Shown here: piece by piece, positions 26,666-36,536 of the stretch | How positions within the stretch are numbered: position 1 is the first letter of the stretch | How the letters are laid out: each line of letters opens with the position of its first letter | From: a bacterium | GTDB taxonomy: Bacteria; JAUVQV01; DATDCY01 | DNA length: 64,000 nucleotides | Direction of reading: 5' to 3' | Assembly: GCA_036524115.1 (NCBI GenBank) | Contig: DATDCY010000012.1 | Location: 22,396-86,395 of the forward strand | Program-made: the position numbers and the translations under genes | Notes under the pieces: generated by a model | What the model saw: the letters and a program-made list of their open reading frames with translations, nothing else | Told to the model about the DNA's origin: nothing | Database searches by the model: none

Positions 26666-27505
26666 CTACGGCCTCCTGAACTCGAAGAGCACGATTTCCG
26701 GTGGAGCGCCGAGGCGAAATGGCAGACGAGATGTGCCGATTCCCCGCGTCACGTAGAGGAACTTCTTGTCTTCCCGATACAGACCGGACGGGTGCGACGG
26801 GTCCGGCAGCAACCGCAGAAGGCGCCAGGCCCACGTGGGGAGCCAGACTTGGCCGCCGTGGGTGTCGCCGGAGAGGACGAGGATCTCGCGGGCGGCCGCA
26901 ATTTCCGCAAAACTGGTGGAAGAGTGCGAGAGGACAATTGTCGGACCAGACCCTCGAATCAGGCTACGGAGCCTCGCATCGGGGTGCGAGTGGGCCTTCG
27001 GATCGAGTCCCGCAATCCTCAGGGTTCCCGTCCTGGCTGGAATTTCCGCCGCCTGGTCGCGGAGGAAGGTCACGTCATGGCGCGACGTCCGGTCGGGCTC
27101 CCCAGGTTCATGACAGAACTCGCAGGACCGGCGCGCGCCGGTCGCATCGGCGTCGCCGAGCACTGCAAAAACCCCTAGGGGGGCGTGCAACCCGGCCAGG
27201 AAGGCGAGCGCCTGGTCGTAGGCCCTTCCGCGCGCGCCCCATTCCACGAAATCACCCCCCAGGAGTATCAGGTCGGGCTGGATCTCGTCCAACTGGCGCA
27301 GAACCAGGTTGGGCGCCGGGCCTCCGGCATCGCGGAAGTGGAGATCGCTCAAGAAGGCGACCCGGCAGCCGTCGAGTGCCTTGGACAGATCTCCCTCATT
27401 GAAGACGATGTTGGTGACACTGATCTGGGTTGGCTCGATAGCCGTCGCGTAGAGGAGGATGGACGCCGCACCGACACCCGCCGCCCATTTCACCCGTGAG
27501 CCCAT
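26666..27505 (-). CDS. Calcineurin-like metallophosphoesterase (YkuE-like) with N-terminal TM anchor
   Basis: VAFLSDLHF (DxH motif), LILLGGDFV (GDxxD), VFAVLGDAD (GNH/D-like) and LVLSGDTHGGQV (GDxHxGQ). Start MGSRVKWAAGVGAASILLYA at 27505. The 100 upstream residues in the track are read-through. Confidence 0.7.
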   Translation of the reverse strand: MGSRVKWAAGVGAASILLYATAIEPTQISVTNIVFNEGDLSKALDGCRVAFLSDLHFRDAGGPAPNLVLRQLDEIQPDLILLGGDFVEWGARGRAYDQALAFLAGLHAPLGVFAVLGDADATGARRSCEFCHEPGEPDRTSRHDVTFLRDQAAEIPARTGTLRIAGLDPKAHSHPDARLRSLIRGSGPTIVLSHSSTSFAEIAAAREILVLSGDTHGGQVWLPTWAWRLLRLLPDPSHPSGLYREDKKFLYVTRGIGTSRLPFRLGAPPEIVLFEFRRP

Positions 27506-27595
27506 CGCAGCCTGAGGATGCCCGATTCTCCGAGGCAAGGCCAGCAGGCCGCCCGTCTCCAGCGGTGCGCGAGACCCGGAACCGTTGGCGTAACC

Positions 27596-27624
27596 TTGAC
27601 TTCCCTTACGCAATTGTCTATTTT
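27596..27624 (+). promoter_or_regulatory. Candidate sigma-70-type promoter for the XrtA-locus operon (TTGACT-N17-TATTTT)
   Basis: The -35 TTGACT (5/6), a 17-bp spacer and the -10 TATTTT (4/6) lie in the 290-bp AT-richer divergent intergenic region, about 170 nt upstream of the deacetylase start. This is pattern matching only. Confidence 0.25.
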
Positions 27625-27797
27625 GTTTGCGGTTTTGCTTCGGACAGACAGCCATTATTGGGTACCGGGCGGCCGAGGCTCTTGAGCGTCGGCCTGCGGC
27701 GGTAGCCCGTCTCGGTTTTCCTTGATCGACTCTGGGCTTACCTTTCAGAACCTCAGCCAGACTCTGATCCGCGCGCTCAGGACAGGAGTCACGCCCT

Positions 27798-28631
27798 ATG
27801 ATCAACGCACTCAGTGTCGACGTCGAAGACTACTTCCACGTCAGTGCGTTCGAACACAATGTCAATCGATCCGACTGGGATAGGTATCCGCTCCGCGTGG
27901 AGAAGAACACCGAGGTTCTTCTCGACCTCTTCGACAGCCACCAGGTGCGGGCTTCGTTCTTTGTGCTCGGTTGGGTCGCGGAACGGGTGCCGGGCCTGGT
28001 CAAACGCATTCAGGGCAGGGGGCACGAGATTGCCTGCCACGGATTCGGCCACGAGCGGCTGGACGTCATTGGCCCCCATCGCTTCCGGGAGGATCTGCGC
28101 CGCGCCAAGCACGTCCTCGAGGATCAGTGCGGGGCACCCGTCCTTGGCTATCGGGCGCCGAGCTTCTCGATCACGCCCAAGTCGGTCTGGGCCGTCGACA
28201 TCTTGATCGAAGAGGGCTTTGTCTACGACTCGAGCATCTTCCCCATCCACCACGATGTCTACGGGATGCCTGGGGCCGACCCGGGCATTCACAGTATCAG
28301 GCGGGAAGCCGGCATTCTGCGGGAATTCCCGCCGACGACGGTGCCCCTTCTTGGCGGGAAGGTCCGCCTGCCCGCAGCCGGAGGCGGGTACCTGCGGTTG
28401 TTCCCCCTTTGGGTGACGCGTCTCGCCATCGACCGCGTCAACGAAGGAGGGCGGCCCGCGGTGCTGTACATGCATCCCTGGGAGTTCGATCCCGAGCAGC
28501 CGCGGATCAAGGCGCGCATGAAGTCGCGGTTCCGTCACTACTGCAATTTGCGCACCACCATCCACAAGATGAGATCATTGCTCGGTTCCTATGCCTTCGC
28601 CCCGCTGAGACAGGTCCTCGGGTTGAGCTGA
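27798..28631 (+). CDS. Polysaccharide deacetylase (NodB/CE4 fold), PEP-CTERM/XrtA-locus type
   Basis: MINALSVDVEDYFHVSAF...RASFFVLGWVAER...GHEIACHGFGHERLD are the NodB-homology motifs DxD, and H..H. It is the first gene of the long plus-strand operon. Confidence 0.8.
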   Translation: MINALSVDVEDYFHVSAFEHNVNRSDWDRYPLRVEKNTEVLLDLFDSHQVRASFFVLGWVAERVPGLVKRIQGRGHEIACHGFGHERLDVIGPHRFREDLRRAKHVLEDQCGAPVLGYRAPSFSITPKSVWAVDILIEEGFVYDSSIFPIHHDVYGMPGADPGIHSIRREAGILREFPPTTVPLLGGKVRLPAAGGGYLRLFPLWVTRLAIDRVNEGGRPAVLYMHPWEFDPEQPRIKARMKSRFRHYCNLRTTIHKMRSLLGSYAFAPLRQVLGLS

Positions 28632-28639
28632 CGTTCGCC

Positions 28640-30619
28640 ATGTGCGGCATCGCGGGTGTCCTGAACGGCGTTTCGAGAGAGCCGGTGCGCCGTGAACAGC
28701 TCCAACACATGATCGGCGTGTTGCGTCACCGGGGGCCGGATGGTTTCGGGTTCTTCCAGGGGGAGGGCGTCGGCCTGGCGCACGCACGCCTGAGCATCAT
28801 CGACCTCGAGGGAGGCTGGCAGCCGATCCACAACGAGGACAAGAGGGTCTGGATCGTCTTCAACGGTGAGATCTTCAACTACCTCGAGCTGCGGGAAGCC
28901 CTGGTGAAACTCGGGCACGTCTTTTACACGCGCTCGGACACGGAGGTGATCGTCCACCTCTACGAGGAGTACGGCATCGATTGCGTGCAGCACCTCAACG
29001 GCCAGTTTGCGTTTGCGGTCTGGGACAAGGGGCGGGAGCGACTCTTTCTCGCTCGCGACAGGGTCGGCATCCGGCCGCTCTTCTACACGCGCGTCGGAGG
29101 CTCCCTTCTTTTCGCCTCCGAGGTCAAGTCCCTCTTCACGGATCCGCGCGTCAGCCGGACGATCGAGCCGCGCGCGCTCGACCAGGTCTTCACGTTCTGG
29201 ATGACGGTGCCGCCGCAGACGGCCTTCGCCGGCGTCCAGGAGCTGCCGGCCGGCCACGTCATGGTGGTCGAGAAGGACGTCGAGACGACGGCGTGCTACT
29301 GGGACCCGGACTTCCGCCAGGAACAGCCCCCTCGCCGCGAGGCCGAGTACGCCGAGGAGTTGCGGGCGCTGCTCCTCGATGCGACCCGGCTCCAGCTCCG
29401 GGCGGACGTGCCCGTGGGCGCCTACCTCAGCGGCGGGCTCGATTCCTCCGTGATCGCCACGCTCGTGCGGAGGTTCAGCGACACGCCCGTGCGCACGTTC
29501 TCGGTGAACTTCAGCGATGAAGCCTTCGACGAGCGGGGATACCAGCAGGAGGTCGTCGACCACCTCGGCACGGATCACAGCAGCATCACCTGCACCGGGC
29601 GGGACATCGGCGCAGCGTTTCCCGACGTCATCTGGCACGCGGAAAAGCCCATCCTCAGGACAGCGCCGACGCCGCTCATGCTCCTCTCGCGGCTGGTGCG
29701 CGAGAGCGGCTACAAGGTGGTGCTCACCGGCGAAGGTTCCGACGAGATTCTGGCCGGCTACGACATCTTCAAGGAAGCAAAGATCCGTCGTTTCCTGGCA
29801 AGGGCGCCCGAGTCGACGTTCCGCCCCCTGATCCTCAAGCGCCTGTACCCCTACCTGGAAAAGTCGCCGGTGCGCTCCGTGCGCTACGGGGAGGCCTTCT
29901 TCAATGCCGACGTCTCGGGCTACCCGGAGGCCTTCTACGCGCACGTGCCCCGCTGGAACACCACGCGGAAGACCAAGGTCTTCTTCTCCGACCCGCTGAA
30001 GTCCGCGCTCCACGGCTACGACAACCTCCAGGCCCTTGCGCCCCTCCTGCACGAGAGATTGCCGCAGTACGATTACCTCTCCCAGGCTCAGTACCTGGAG
30101 ATCAAGACGCTCCTCTCGGGATACCTGCTCTGCTCCCAGGGGGATCGGATGGCGATGGCGAACTCCGTGGAGGGCCGGTTCCCGTTCCTGGACCACCGGG
30201 TCATGGAGTTCTGTTTCGCCCTGCCGCCTGGCCTGCGCATGCGGGCCCTCACGGAAAAGTACCTCCTGAAGAAGAGCGTGCGCGACCTGCTTCCGCAATC
30301 GATCACGCGCCGCACGAAGCAACCCTACATGGCGCCGGACGCCCAGAGCTTCTTCCACGCGCAGCCGCTGGACTACGTGGACGATCTCCTTTCCGAGAAC
30401 CGCCTGCGGCGGGCCGGGTACTTCAATCCAACGGCGGTCGCGATGCTGGCCAAGAAGTGCCGGCAGAGCCAGGTGCTTGGGTTCAAGGACAACATGGCGC
30501 TCGTGGGAATTCTCTCGACGATGCTCCTGCACGATCAATTCGTCGAGAACTTCGCCCCGCGCATCAGCCGGATGCAGGGGAATCTCAGGGAGGAGACCCG
30601 GTATGCCGTTGAGGTGTAG
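28640..30619 (+). CDS. Asparagine synthetase (glutamine-hydrolysing) family amidotransferase, exosortase-A-system associated type
   Basis: MCGIAGVLNG (Met-Cys N-terminal nucleophile of class II GATase), RLSIIDL, YLSGGLDSS (PP-loop SGGxDS) and C-terminal AsnB-like regions. ATG 28640 was checked in frame. The track ORF 27971.. is read-through across the deacetylase gene. Confidence 0.85.
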   Translation: MCGIAGVLNGVSREPVRREQLQHMIGVLRHRGPDGFGFFQGEGVGLAHARLSIIDLEGGWQPIHNEDKRVWIVFNGEIFNYLELREALVKLGHVFYTRSDTEVIVHLYEEYGIDCVQHLNGQFAFAVWDKGRERLFLARDRVGIRPLFYTRVGGSLLFASEVKSLFTDPRVSRTIEPRALDQVFTFWMTVPPQTAFAGVQELPAGHVMVVEKDVETTACYWDPDFRQEQPPRREAEYAEELRALLLDATRLQLRADVPVGAYLSGGLDSSVIATLVRRFSDTPVRTFSVNFSDEAFDERGYQQEVVDHLGTDHSSITCTGRDIGAAFPDVIWHAEKPILRTAPTPLMLLSRLVRESGYKVVLTGEGSDEILAGYDIFKEAKIRRFLARAPESTFRPLILKRLYPYLEKSPVRSVRYGEAFFNADVSGYPEAFYAHVPRWNTTRKTKVFFSDPLKSALHGYDNLQALAPLLHERLPQYDYLSQAQYLEIKTLLSGYLLCSQGDRMAMANSVEGRFPFLDHRVMEFCFALPPGLRMRALTEKYLLKKSVRDLLPQSITRRTKQPYMAPDAQSFFHAQPLDYVDDLLSENRLRRAGYFNPTAVAMLAKKCRQSQVLGFKDNMALVGILSTMLLHDQFVENFAPRISRMQGNLREETRYAVEV

Positions 30620-30657
30620 GCGCAGGTCCGGCATCGAGCTTCGTCGGGAGAGCGGGC

Positions 30658-31512
30658 ATGTATGACCATCTGTGCGAGATCTACGCCCGCTTCAAGGCAG
30701 CGGGGGTTGCGGAGCCCTTCAGGGAGGCCGTGCACCTGCTGGACCTTCTGGGCGACGGTTCCCTCCGGAGGATCGACGCGACGGCGGCCGACGGGATGAG
30801 CGAATGCCTGGCCGCAATCGAGCAGAGAGGCAAGGGGACCGTGCCCCTGGAGTACCTCGTCGGCAGGGCGGTGTTCATGGGAAACGTGTTCCACTGCACG
30901 CCGGACACCCTCATTCCGACCGAGGACACCGATCTGCTTGTCCGGGTGGTCAGCGAACACGCCCGGGGCGCGACGGCACCCGGCAGGCGCCCGACGATCA
31001 TCGAGATCGGCACCGGCAGCGGGAACATCGCGATCACTCTGGCGCTGGGGCTGGAAGGCGCGAGGATCCTGGCTTCCGACATCAGCGCCGGCGCGGTCGA
31101 GGTGGCGCGGCGCAACGTGGCGAAGCATGGGGTCCAGGACCGCGTCAGCCTGTTCTGCGGAGACATGTTTGCCCCTTTCGCCGATCTGGATTGCCGGGGC
31201 GCAGTCGATGTGGTGGTCAGCAATCCCCCCTACATTCCCACATCGTCGCTTGCCAGGCTTTCTTCCGAGATCGTGGATCACGAGCCGCTCGTTGCGCTGG
31301 ACGGCGGACCCTACGGCATCGACATCTACCGGAAGCTGATCGCCGGTGCCCGGGAATTCCTGTCGCCGCAGGGCGTGCTCGTGTTCGAGATCGGGGAGCG
31401 GCAGGAGAAGCTGGTGGAGCGATTGCTCAAGAAGACCGGGGGCTACGGGGACATCGCCTGCCACGAGCGGCAGGGCAGCGTCCGCGTGATGAGCGCCCGG
31501 AAGAAAACCTAG
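30658..31512 (+). CDS. HemK/PrmC-like SAM-dependent methyltransferase (NPPY motif; N5-glutamine / N6-adenine class)
   Basis: IIEIGTGSGNIAITLA (SAM motif I), VVSNPPYIP (the (D/N)PPY catalytic motif) and EPLVALDGG. GGGAGA lies 8 nt upstream of ATG 30658. Confidence 0.6.
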   Translation: MYDHLCEIYARFKAAGVAEPFREAVHLLDLLGDGSLRRIDATAADGMSECLAAIEQRGKGTVPLEYLVGRAVFMGNVFHCTPDTLIPTEDTDLLVRVVSEHARGATAPGRRPTIIEIGTGSGNIAITLALGLEGARILASDISAGAVEVARRNVAKHGVQDRVSLFCGDMFAPFADLDCRGAVDVVVSNPPYIPTSSLARLSSEIVDHEPLVALDGGPYGIDIYRKLIAGAREFLSPQGVLVFEIGERQEKLVERLLKKTGGYGDIACHERQGSVRVMSARKKT

Positions 31513-31522
31513 GAGATCGCAC

Positions 31523-31771
31523 ATGCCCGTCAAGGAGGCGCTTCGCACGTTCATCCTCGAGAACTTTCTGTTCGGCCAGGAGAATCCGGACTTCACGGAC
31601 GGCGCGTCGCTGCTCGAGAACGGCCTGATCGACTCGACGGGCGTACTGGAGCTCGTGGCCTTCGTCGAGGAGAAGTACGGCATCTCGGTGGCCGACGAGG
31701 AGCTGCTCCCCGAGAACTTCGACTCCGTCGACAACCTCGCCAACTACGTCGGCAGGAAGAGTGCGGCCTGA
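31523..31771 (+). CDS. Acyl carrier protein
   Basis: 82 aa. GLIDSTGVLELVAFVEEKYGI has a DS(T/L) phosphopantetheine-attachment Ser. AGGAGA RBS. Confidence 0.7.
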   Translation: MPVKEALRTFILENFLFGQENPDFTDGASLLENGLIDSTGVLELVAFVEEKYGISVADEELLPENFDSVDNLANYVGRKSAA

Positions 31772-31802
31772 CCGGACCGGGGCGGGCCAGGGAGCAGTCG
31801 GC

Positions 31803-33380
31803 GTGAGACAGACCCTCGTCAACCATTTCCTCGAGCACAGCGCCGGGAAGTTCCCGGAGAAGGTCGCGCTGCTCTGTCATGGGCAGCGGCTCACGTACGC
31901 GGAGCTGAACGGCAGGGCGGATGCCCTTGCCGCGGCGCTGGCGGGGGCCGGCGTCGTCCGCGGCGACAGGGTCGCGGTGTTCATGGACAACTCCGTCGAG
32001 GCCGTGGTGTCCATCTTCGCCACGATGAAAGCCGGGGCGGCCTTCATGGTCGTCAACCCCACGACGAAGGCCGAGAAGCTCGAGTACATCCTGAACAACA
32101 GCCGGGCGCGTGTCCTCGTCACGCAGACGCCGCGGCGGGCCGTCGCCAGCCGCGTTTCCAGCCCGCACCTCGAGACGGTCATCCTCGCGGGGAAGGCCGG
32201 CGCGGACGTGGCCGCCTTTGCCGGGGCGAGACTCCTTTCCTTCGAGGATGCAGTGGCCGCAGCTCCGGCGGGTGGCCTCGTGTCGCCCTGCATCGATCTC
32301 GACCTCGCCGGCGTCATCTACACCTCGGGTTCGACGGGGAACCCGAAGGGGGTGATGCTCTCGCACCTGAACATGGTCTCGGCGGCGGATTCCATCACGA
32401 CCTATCTCGAGAACACACCCGACGACGTCATCGTCAACGTGCTGCCGCTGGCCTTCGACTACGGCCTCTACCAGGTGCTCATGGCCTTCAAGATCGGCGG
32501 CACGGTCGTGCTGGAGAGGTCCTTCACGTACCCGTACGAGATCATCGAGCTCATGATCCGGGAGAAGGTCACGGGCTTCCCGGGAGTTCCCACCATCTTT
32601 GCCATCCTTCTCGGACTGAAGGACCTGCCGAAGTGGGACCTCAGCTCTCTGCGCTACATGACCAACACCGCGGCCGCGCTGCCCGCGAGTCACATCAGGC
32701 GGCTGCGGGAACTGTTCCCGGCCGTGCGGCTCTACTCGATGTACGGTCTCACCGAGTGCAAGCGGGTGTCGTATCTGCCGCCCGCGGAGCTGGACCGCCG
32801 GCCGCACTCCGTTGGCCGGGGAATGCCGAACGAGGAGGTGTACATCGTCGACGAGCAGGGAAACCGCGTCGGGCCCGGCGTGGTCGGCGAACTGGTCGTC
32901 AGGGGCGCCAACGTCATGCTCGGCTACTGGGAGCTGCCCGAGGAGACGGCGGCCTGCATCCGGCCGGGCAAGTACCCCGGGGAGCGCGTCCTGTACACCG
33001 GCGATCTCTTCAAGACCGACGAGGAGGGTTTCCTCTACTTCGTCGCGCGGAAGGACGACATCATCAAGAGCCGCGGCGAGAAGGTGAGCCCCAAGGAGGT
33101 CGAGAACGCGCTGTACGGGCTCGATGGGGTCCTCGAGGCGGCCGTCATCGGTGTCCCGGACGACATCCTCGGCGAGGCGGTCAAGGCGTTCGTCGTCCCC
33201 GAGGCCGGTGCCGCGCTGACCGAGAGGGACGTCCTCAAGCACTGCGCCGCGCATCTCGAGAACTTCATGGTTCCAAAGGCGGTCGAGATCATGAAGTCGC
33301 TGCCGAAGACCTCGACCGGCAAGATCAGCAAGAAGGAACTCAAATCAGGAGACTTCGCCCGCCATGAAAATCTGCACTAA
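31803..33380 (+). CDS. Acyl-CoA ligase / acyl-ACP synthetase (AMP-forming), exosortase-A-associated type
   Basis: IYTSGSTGNPKGV (AMP-binding P-loop), YGLTE, YTGDL...DDIIKSRGEKVSP...KTSTGKISKKEL. GTG 31803 has AGGGAG 8 nt upstream. The track start GTG 31761 lies inside the ACP gene. Confidence 0.8.
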   Translation: MRQTLVNHFLEHSAGKFPEKVALLCHGQRLTYAELNGRADALAAALAGAGVVRGDRVAVFMDNSVEAVVSIFATMKAGAAFMVVNPTTKAEKLEYILNNSRARVLVTQTPRRAVASRVSSPHLETVILAGKAGADVAAFAGARLLSFEDAVAAAPAGGLVSPCIDLDLAGVIYTSGSTGNPKGVMLSHLNMVSAADSITTYLENTPDDVIVNVLPLAFDYGLYQVLMAFKIGGTVVLERSFTYPYEIIELMIREKVTGFPGVPTIFAILLGLKDLPKWDLSSLRYMTNTAAALPASHIRRLRELFPAVRLYSMYGLTECKRVSYLPPAELDRRPHSVGRGMPNEEVYIVDEQGNRVGPGVVGELVVRGANVMLGYWELPEETAACIRPGKYPGERVLYTGDLFKTDEEGFLYFVARKDDIIKSRGEKVSPKEVENALYGLDGVLEAAVIGVPDDILGEAVKAFVVPEAGAALTERDVLKHCAAHLENFMVPKAVEIMKSLPKTSTGKISKKELKSGDFARHENLH

Positions 33381-34380
33381 CTGTATCCTCCCCGAGACGT
33401 TCCCCGGCATCCGGTTCGACGAGCAGGGGGTCTGCACGCACTGCCAGCAGTTCGTCGGGCGGTCCGGCAAGCTCGGCGAGGACAAGGCGAAGTACGCGCT
33501 CAAGTTCGCGCAGCTGCTGGAGCAGCTCGGCCGGGACGGCAGGCGCGAGCGGCGCACCCACGACGTCCTCATGGCCTTCAGCGGCGGCAAGGACTCGACA
33601 TACACGCTGGCGCTCCTCAAGGAGAAGTACGGTCTGCGCATCCTCGCGGTCAGCTACGACAACGGCTTCATCGCGCCGCGGGCCGTGGAGAATATCAGGA
33701 ACGTCACCGAGCGGCTCGGCGTCGACCACGTCCTCTTTAAGCCGCGGTGGGACCTGCTGCGCACGATCTTCGCGGCCGCGGCAGAGGAGGAGCTCTACTC
33801 GAAGAAGACGCTCGAGCGCGCGAGCACGATCTGCACCTCGTGCATCGGGCTGGTGAAGACCGCGTGCCTGAAGATGGCGATCGAGCAGGACATCCCGATG
33901 ATCGGCTTCGGCTGGTCCCCGGGGCAGGCGCCCGTGCAGTCGTCGATCATGCAGACGAACCCGGCGCTGCTGCGGATGACCCAGCAGGCGATCGTCGGAC
34001 CGCTGAAGCGGGTGGCGGGGGAGGACGTCGGCGCCTACTTCCTGAGCGAGAAGCACTTCGCGGCGCCGGAGAAGTTCCCGTGGAACGTGCACCCGCTGGC
34101 CTGGGAGGAGTACGACGAGGGCAAGATCTTCGCGGCGATCGGCAAGCTCGGCTGGCAGGCGCCGCGGGACACCGACAGCAACTCGACGAACTGCCTCCTG
34201 AATGCCTTCGCCAACGACATCCACCTGCGGCGGTACGGCTTCCACCCCTACATCTGGGAGATCGCCAACATGGTGCGCGAGGGGGTCATCCCGCGGGCCG
34301 AGGGGCTGCGCAAGTTCGAGGAGCCGGTGCCGCCGGAGTGGATCCGCGCCGCCAGGGAGAAGCTCGGGCTGCCGGCCTGA
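33364..34380 (+). CDS. N-acetyl-sugar amidotransferase (PP-loop ATP pyrophosphatase; WbuX/WbpG/PseA-like)
   Basis: An N-terminal Cys cluster C..C...C..C (CTNCILPETF...CTHCQQF) followed by a PP-loop MAFSGGKDST. This architecture is typical of the acetamidino-sugar amidotransferases found in O-antigen and pseudaminic-acid loci. Confidence 0.55.
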   Translation: MKICTNCILPETFPGIRFDEQGVCTHCQQFVGRSGKLGEDKAKYALKFAQLLEQLGRDGRRERRTHDVLMAFSGGKDSTYTLALLKEKYGLRILAVSYDNGFIAPRAVENIRNVTERLGVDHVLFKPRWDLLRTIFAAAAEEELYSKKTLERASTICTSCIGLVKTACLKMAIEQDIPMIGFGWSPGQAPVQSSIMQTNPALLRMTQQAIVGPLKRVAGEDVGAYFLSEKHFAAPEKFPWNVHPLAWEEYDEGKIFAAIGKLGWQAPRDTDSNSTNCLLNAFANDIHLRRYGFHPYIWEIANMVREGVIPRAEGLRKFEEPVPPEWIRAAREKLGLPA

Positions 34381-34407
34381 GCCGCGCGGCCAAGGCCCGA
34401 GGTTGCC

Positions 34408-35439
34408 GTGGAGGTCCGCGCCGCGGTCGCCGACGACGCAGAGCGATGGGACTGCTATGTCGACGGGAGCCCCGCGGCGGCGGCCTACCACCGGTTCGGC
34501 TGGAAGGGCGTCGTCGAAAGGAGCTTCGGCCACAGGACGCACTACCTCCTCGCCGAAAGTGGGGGCGGCGTGGCGGGAGTGCTCCCGCTGGTTCGGCTCA
34601 AGAGCAGGCTCTTCGGCAACTTCCTGGTGTCGATGCCGTTCGTCACCTACGGTGGCGTCTGCGCCGACGACCAGGAGGCGAGGGTCGCACTGCTCCGGGA
34701 GGCTGTGAACATCGCCCGGCGGGAGAACGCCTCTCACATCGAGCTGCGGCACAGGGAACCGCTCGACCTCGGGCTGCCGGCCAAGACTGCAAAAGTGTCG
34801 ATGCACCTCGGGCTCCCCGACAGCGCCGACCACCTGCTGAAGTCTTTCGACGCGAAACTCAGGAGCCAGATCCGCAGGCCGGCAAAGGACGGGATGACGG
34901 TCCGCTCCGGCCGCGCCGACGAGTTGGACGCCTTCTACGACGTATTTGCGGCCAACATGCGCGACCTGGGAACCCCGGTCTATGCGAAGGACTTCTTCAG
35001 GAACATCCTCGAGGAGTTCCCCGACAGCACCTGGATCCGTACGGTCTACACCAGGGACGGGGAGCCGGCGGCGTCGGGCTTTCTTCTCGGCTTCAAGGAC
35101 ACCCTGGAGATACCCTGGGCCTCCTCCGTGCGGCGGTTCAACAGGAGCAGCCCGAACACCCTTCTCTACTGGAGCGTCCTGGCGTTCGCCTGCGAGCAGG
35201 GGTATGCAACGTTCGATTTCGGGCGCTCGACGCCGGGCGAGGGCACGTACCGTTTCAAGGAGCAATGGGGCGCCCGTCCCGTTCAGCTCTATTGGCATTA
35301 CTGGCTCGACGGCGGCGGGGCGCTGCCCGAGATCAATCCGAGGAACCCGAAGTACCGGGCCGCCATTGCCTGTTGGAAGCGGCTCCCCGTGGGCCTCACC
35401 ACGCTGCTGGGGCCGAGGATCGTGAAGAACTTGCCGTGA
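34408..35439 (+). CDS. FemAB-related acyltransferase, PEP-CTERM-system associated (GNAT fold; N-acyl amino acid synthase-like)
   Basis: AERWDCYVDGSPAAAAYHRFGWKGVVERSFGH...LPLVRLKSRLFGNFLVSMPFVTYGG... has a FemAB/BioF2-like layout and no other catalytic signature. GTG start. Confidence 0.65.
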   Translation: MEVRAAVADDAERWDCYVDGSPAAAAYHRFGWKGVVERSFGHRTHYLLAESGGGVAGVLPLVRLKSRLFGNFLVSMPFVTYGGVCADDQEARVALLREAVNIARRENASHIELRHREPLDLGLPAKTAKVSMHLGLPDSADHLLKSFDAKLRSQIRRPAKDGMTVRSGRADELDAFYDVFAANMRDLGTPVYAKDFFRNILEEFPDSTWIRTVYTRDGEPAASGFLLGFKDTLEIPWASSVRRFNRSSPNTLLYWSVLAFACEQGYATFDFGRSTPGEGTYRFKEQWGARPVQLYWHYWLDGGGALPEINPRNPKYRAAIACWKRLPVGLTTLLGPRIVKNLP

Positions 35440-35446
35440 GGTGGAC

Positions 35447-35695
35447 ATGAGCGACGCCGTGCAGACACAGGTGGTGGACGTGGTCGTGGGCACCGTCGGG
35501 AGCGGGCTGAAGCGCGAGACGGTCACGCCCGAGACGAAGTTGGTCGGCAACGTGCTCGACTCCATGGCGGTCATGAACCTGATCATGTCCCTCGAAGATC
35601 ATTTCGGATTTTCGTTCCGGGACGAAGAACTCTCCGCCGAGGCGTTCGAGACCGTCGCGACGTTGACAGCGCTCGTCAGGAGCAAGCTGGCCTAG
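35447..35695 (+). CDS. Acyl carrier protein (second copy)
   Basis: NVLDSMAVMNLIMSLEDHFGFSF has a DSM Ser attachment site. AGGTGG lies just upstream. GTG 35441 is an alternative start. Confidence 0.65.
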   Translation: MSDAVQTQVVDVVVGTVGSGLKRETVTPETKLVGNVLDSMAVMNLIMSLEDHFGFSFRDEELSAEAFETVATLTALVRSKLA

Positions 35696-35700
35696 CCGGC

Positions 35701-36528
35701 ATGGGCGAGAGTCTGGAAAAGATCTTCTTCTTTCGGGGGAGCGAGCGCCGCCGGCTGCTCGGCGTTCTCTACCGGCCGCCCGGCGGCCAGTCCCGGGCCA
35801 CGGGCATCGTGTACTGCCACCCGTTCGCCGAGGAACAGAACATGGCCCACGCCGTGGCGGTGAAGGCGTGCCGGTCGTTCAGCGAGCAGGGCTTCCCCGT
35901 GCTGCGGTTCGACATGAGCGGCTCCGGCGACAGCGAGGGGACGCTCGAGGACGTGACGGTCTCCTCTTGGATGGAGGACCTCCAGGCGGCGGTCAAGGTT
36001 CTCAAGGCCGAGGCGAACGTCGACCGGGTCGCGCTGTGGGGGCTCAGGCTCGGCGGCGGCCTGGCCCGGCTGCACGCGTGCGACGATGACTCCGTGCACT
36101 CGCTGATCTTGTGGGAGCCGGTGCTCGATCTCTCCCTCCACATCAGGCAGTTCCTGCGCAGGAGCACGGTTTCGAGAATCATGGCAAACGATGCCGGGGG
36201 GAGCGCTCCCGTTCCGACCGACGGTCAGTTCGCCAAGGGGCATACGATGTCGGTCATCGGCTACCCGGTCGCGCCGGCATTGTTCGACAGCTTCTGTGCC
36301 GTCGGGCAACAGCCCCTGCGCTGTCCGACCGACCGGCCGACCCTGGTCCTTTCAATCTCGTTGTTCGACAAACCGAGCGCGACGATGGCGGGGATGATGG
36401 GCGTCCTCGGTTCAGGCGCCGCCGTCCGGTGCGATCACATCGAGGCGGAACCGTTCTGGGACCGCTATTTCCGCTGGGAGTGCCCCGCGCCGATTCAGCA
36501 CTCCCTGCAGTGGCTCGGGGAACGGTAG
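35701..36528 (+). CDS. Alpha/beta-fold hydrolase, exosortase-A-system associated (type 2)
   Basis: GIVYCHPFAEEQNMAHA...VLRFDMSGSGDSEG...LWGLRLGGGLA (GxSxG-like nucleophile elbow). Confidence 0.6.
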   Translation: MGESLEKIFFFRGSERRRLLGVLYRPPGGQSRATGIVYCHPFAEEQNMAHAVAVKACRSFSEQGFPVLRFDMSGSGDSEGTLEDVTVSSWMEDLQAAVKVLKAEANVDRVALWGLRLGGGLARLHACDDDSVHSLILWEPVLDLSLHIRQFLRRSTVSRIMANDAGGSAPVPTDGQFAKGHTMSVIGYPVAPALFDSFCAVGQQPLRCPTDRPTLVLSISLFDKPSATMAGMMGVLGSGAAVRCDHIEAEPFWDRYFRWECPAPIQHSLQWLGER

Positions 36529-36536
36529 CGCAGGAG

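Noticed and set aside
27733-27747. Sigma-54-like TGGGCT-N5-TTTCA upstream of the deacetylase gene
   Set aside because: The nearly invariant -12 GC dinucleotide is TC and the -24 hexamer is degenerate. Judged a chance resemblance. The TTGACT-N17-TATTTT element at 27596..27624 is a better, though still weak, promoter candidate.
28589-30634. 681-aa minus-strand ORF antisense to the AsnB-like gene, and a similar 748-aa ORF at 33340..35586
   Set aside because: High-GC antisense artefacts. The sense strands have PP-loop and FemAB signatures.
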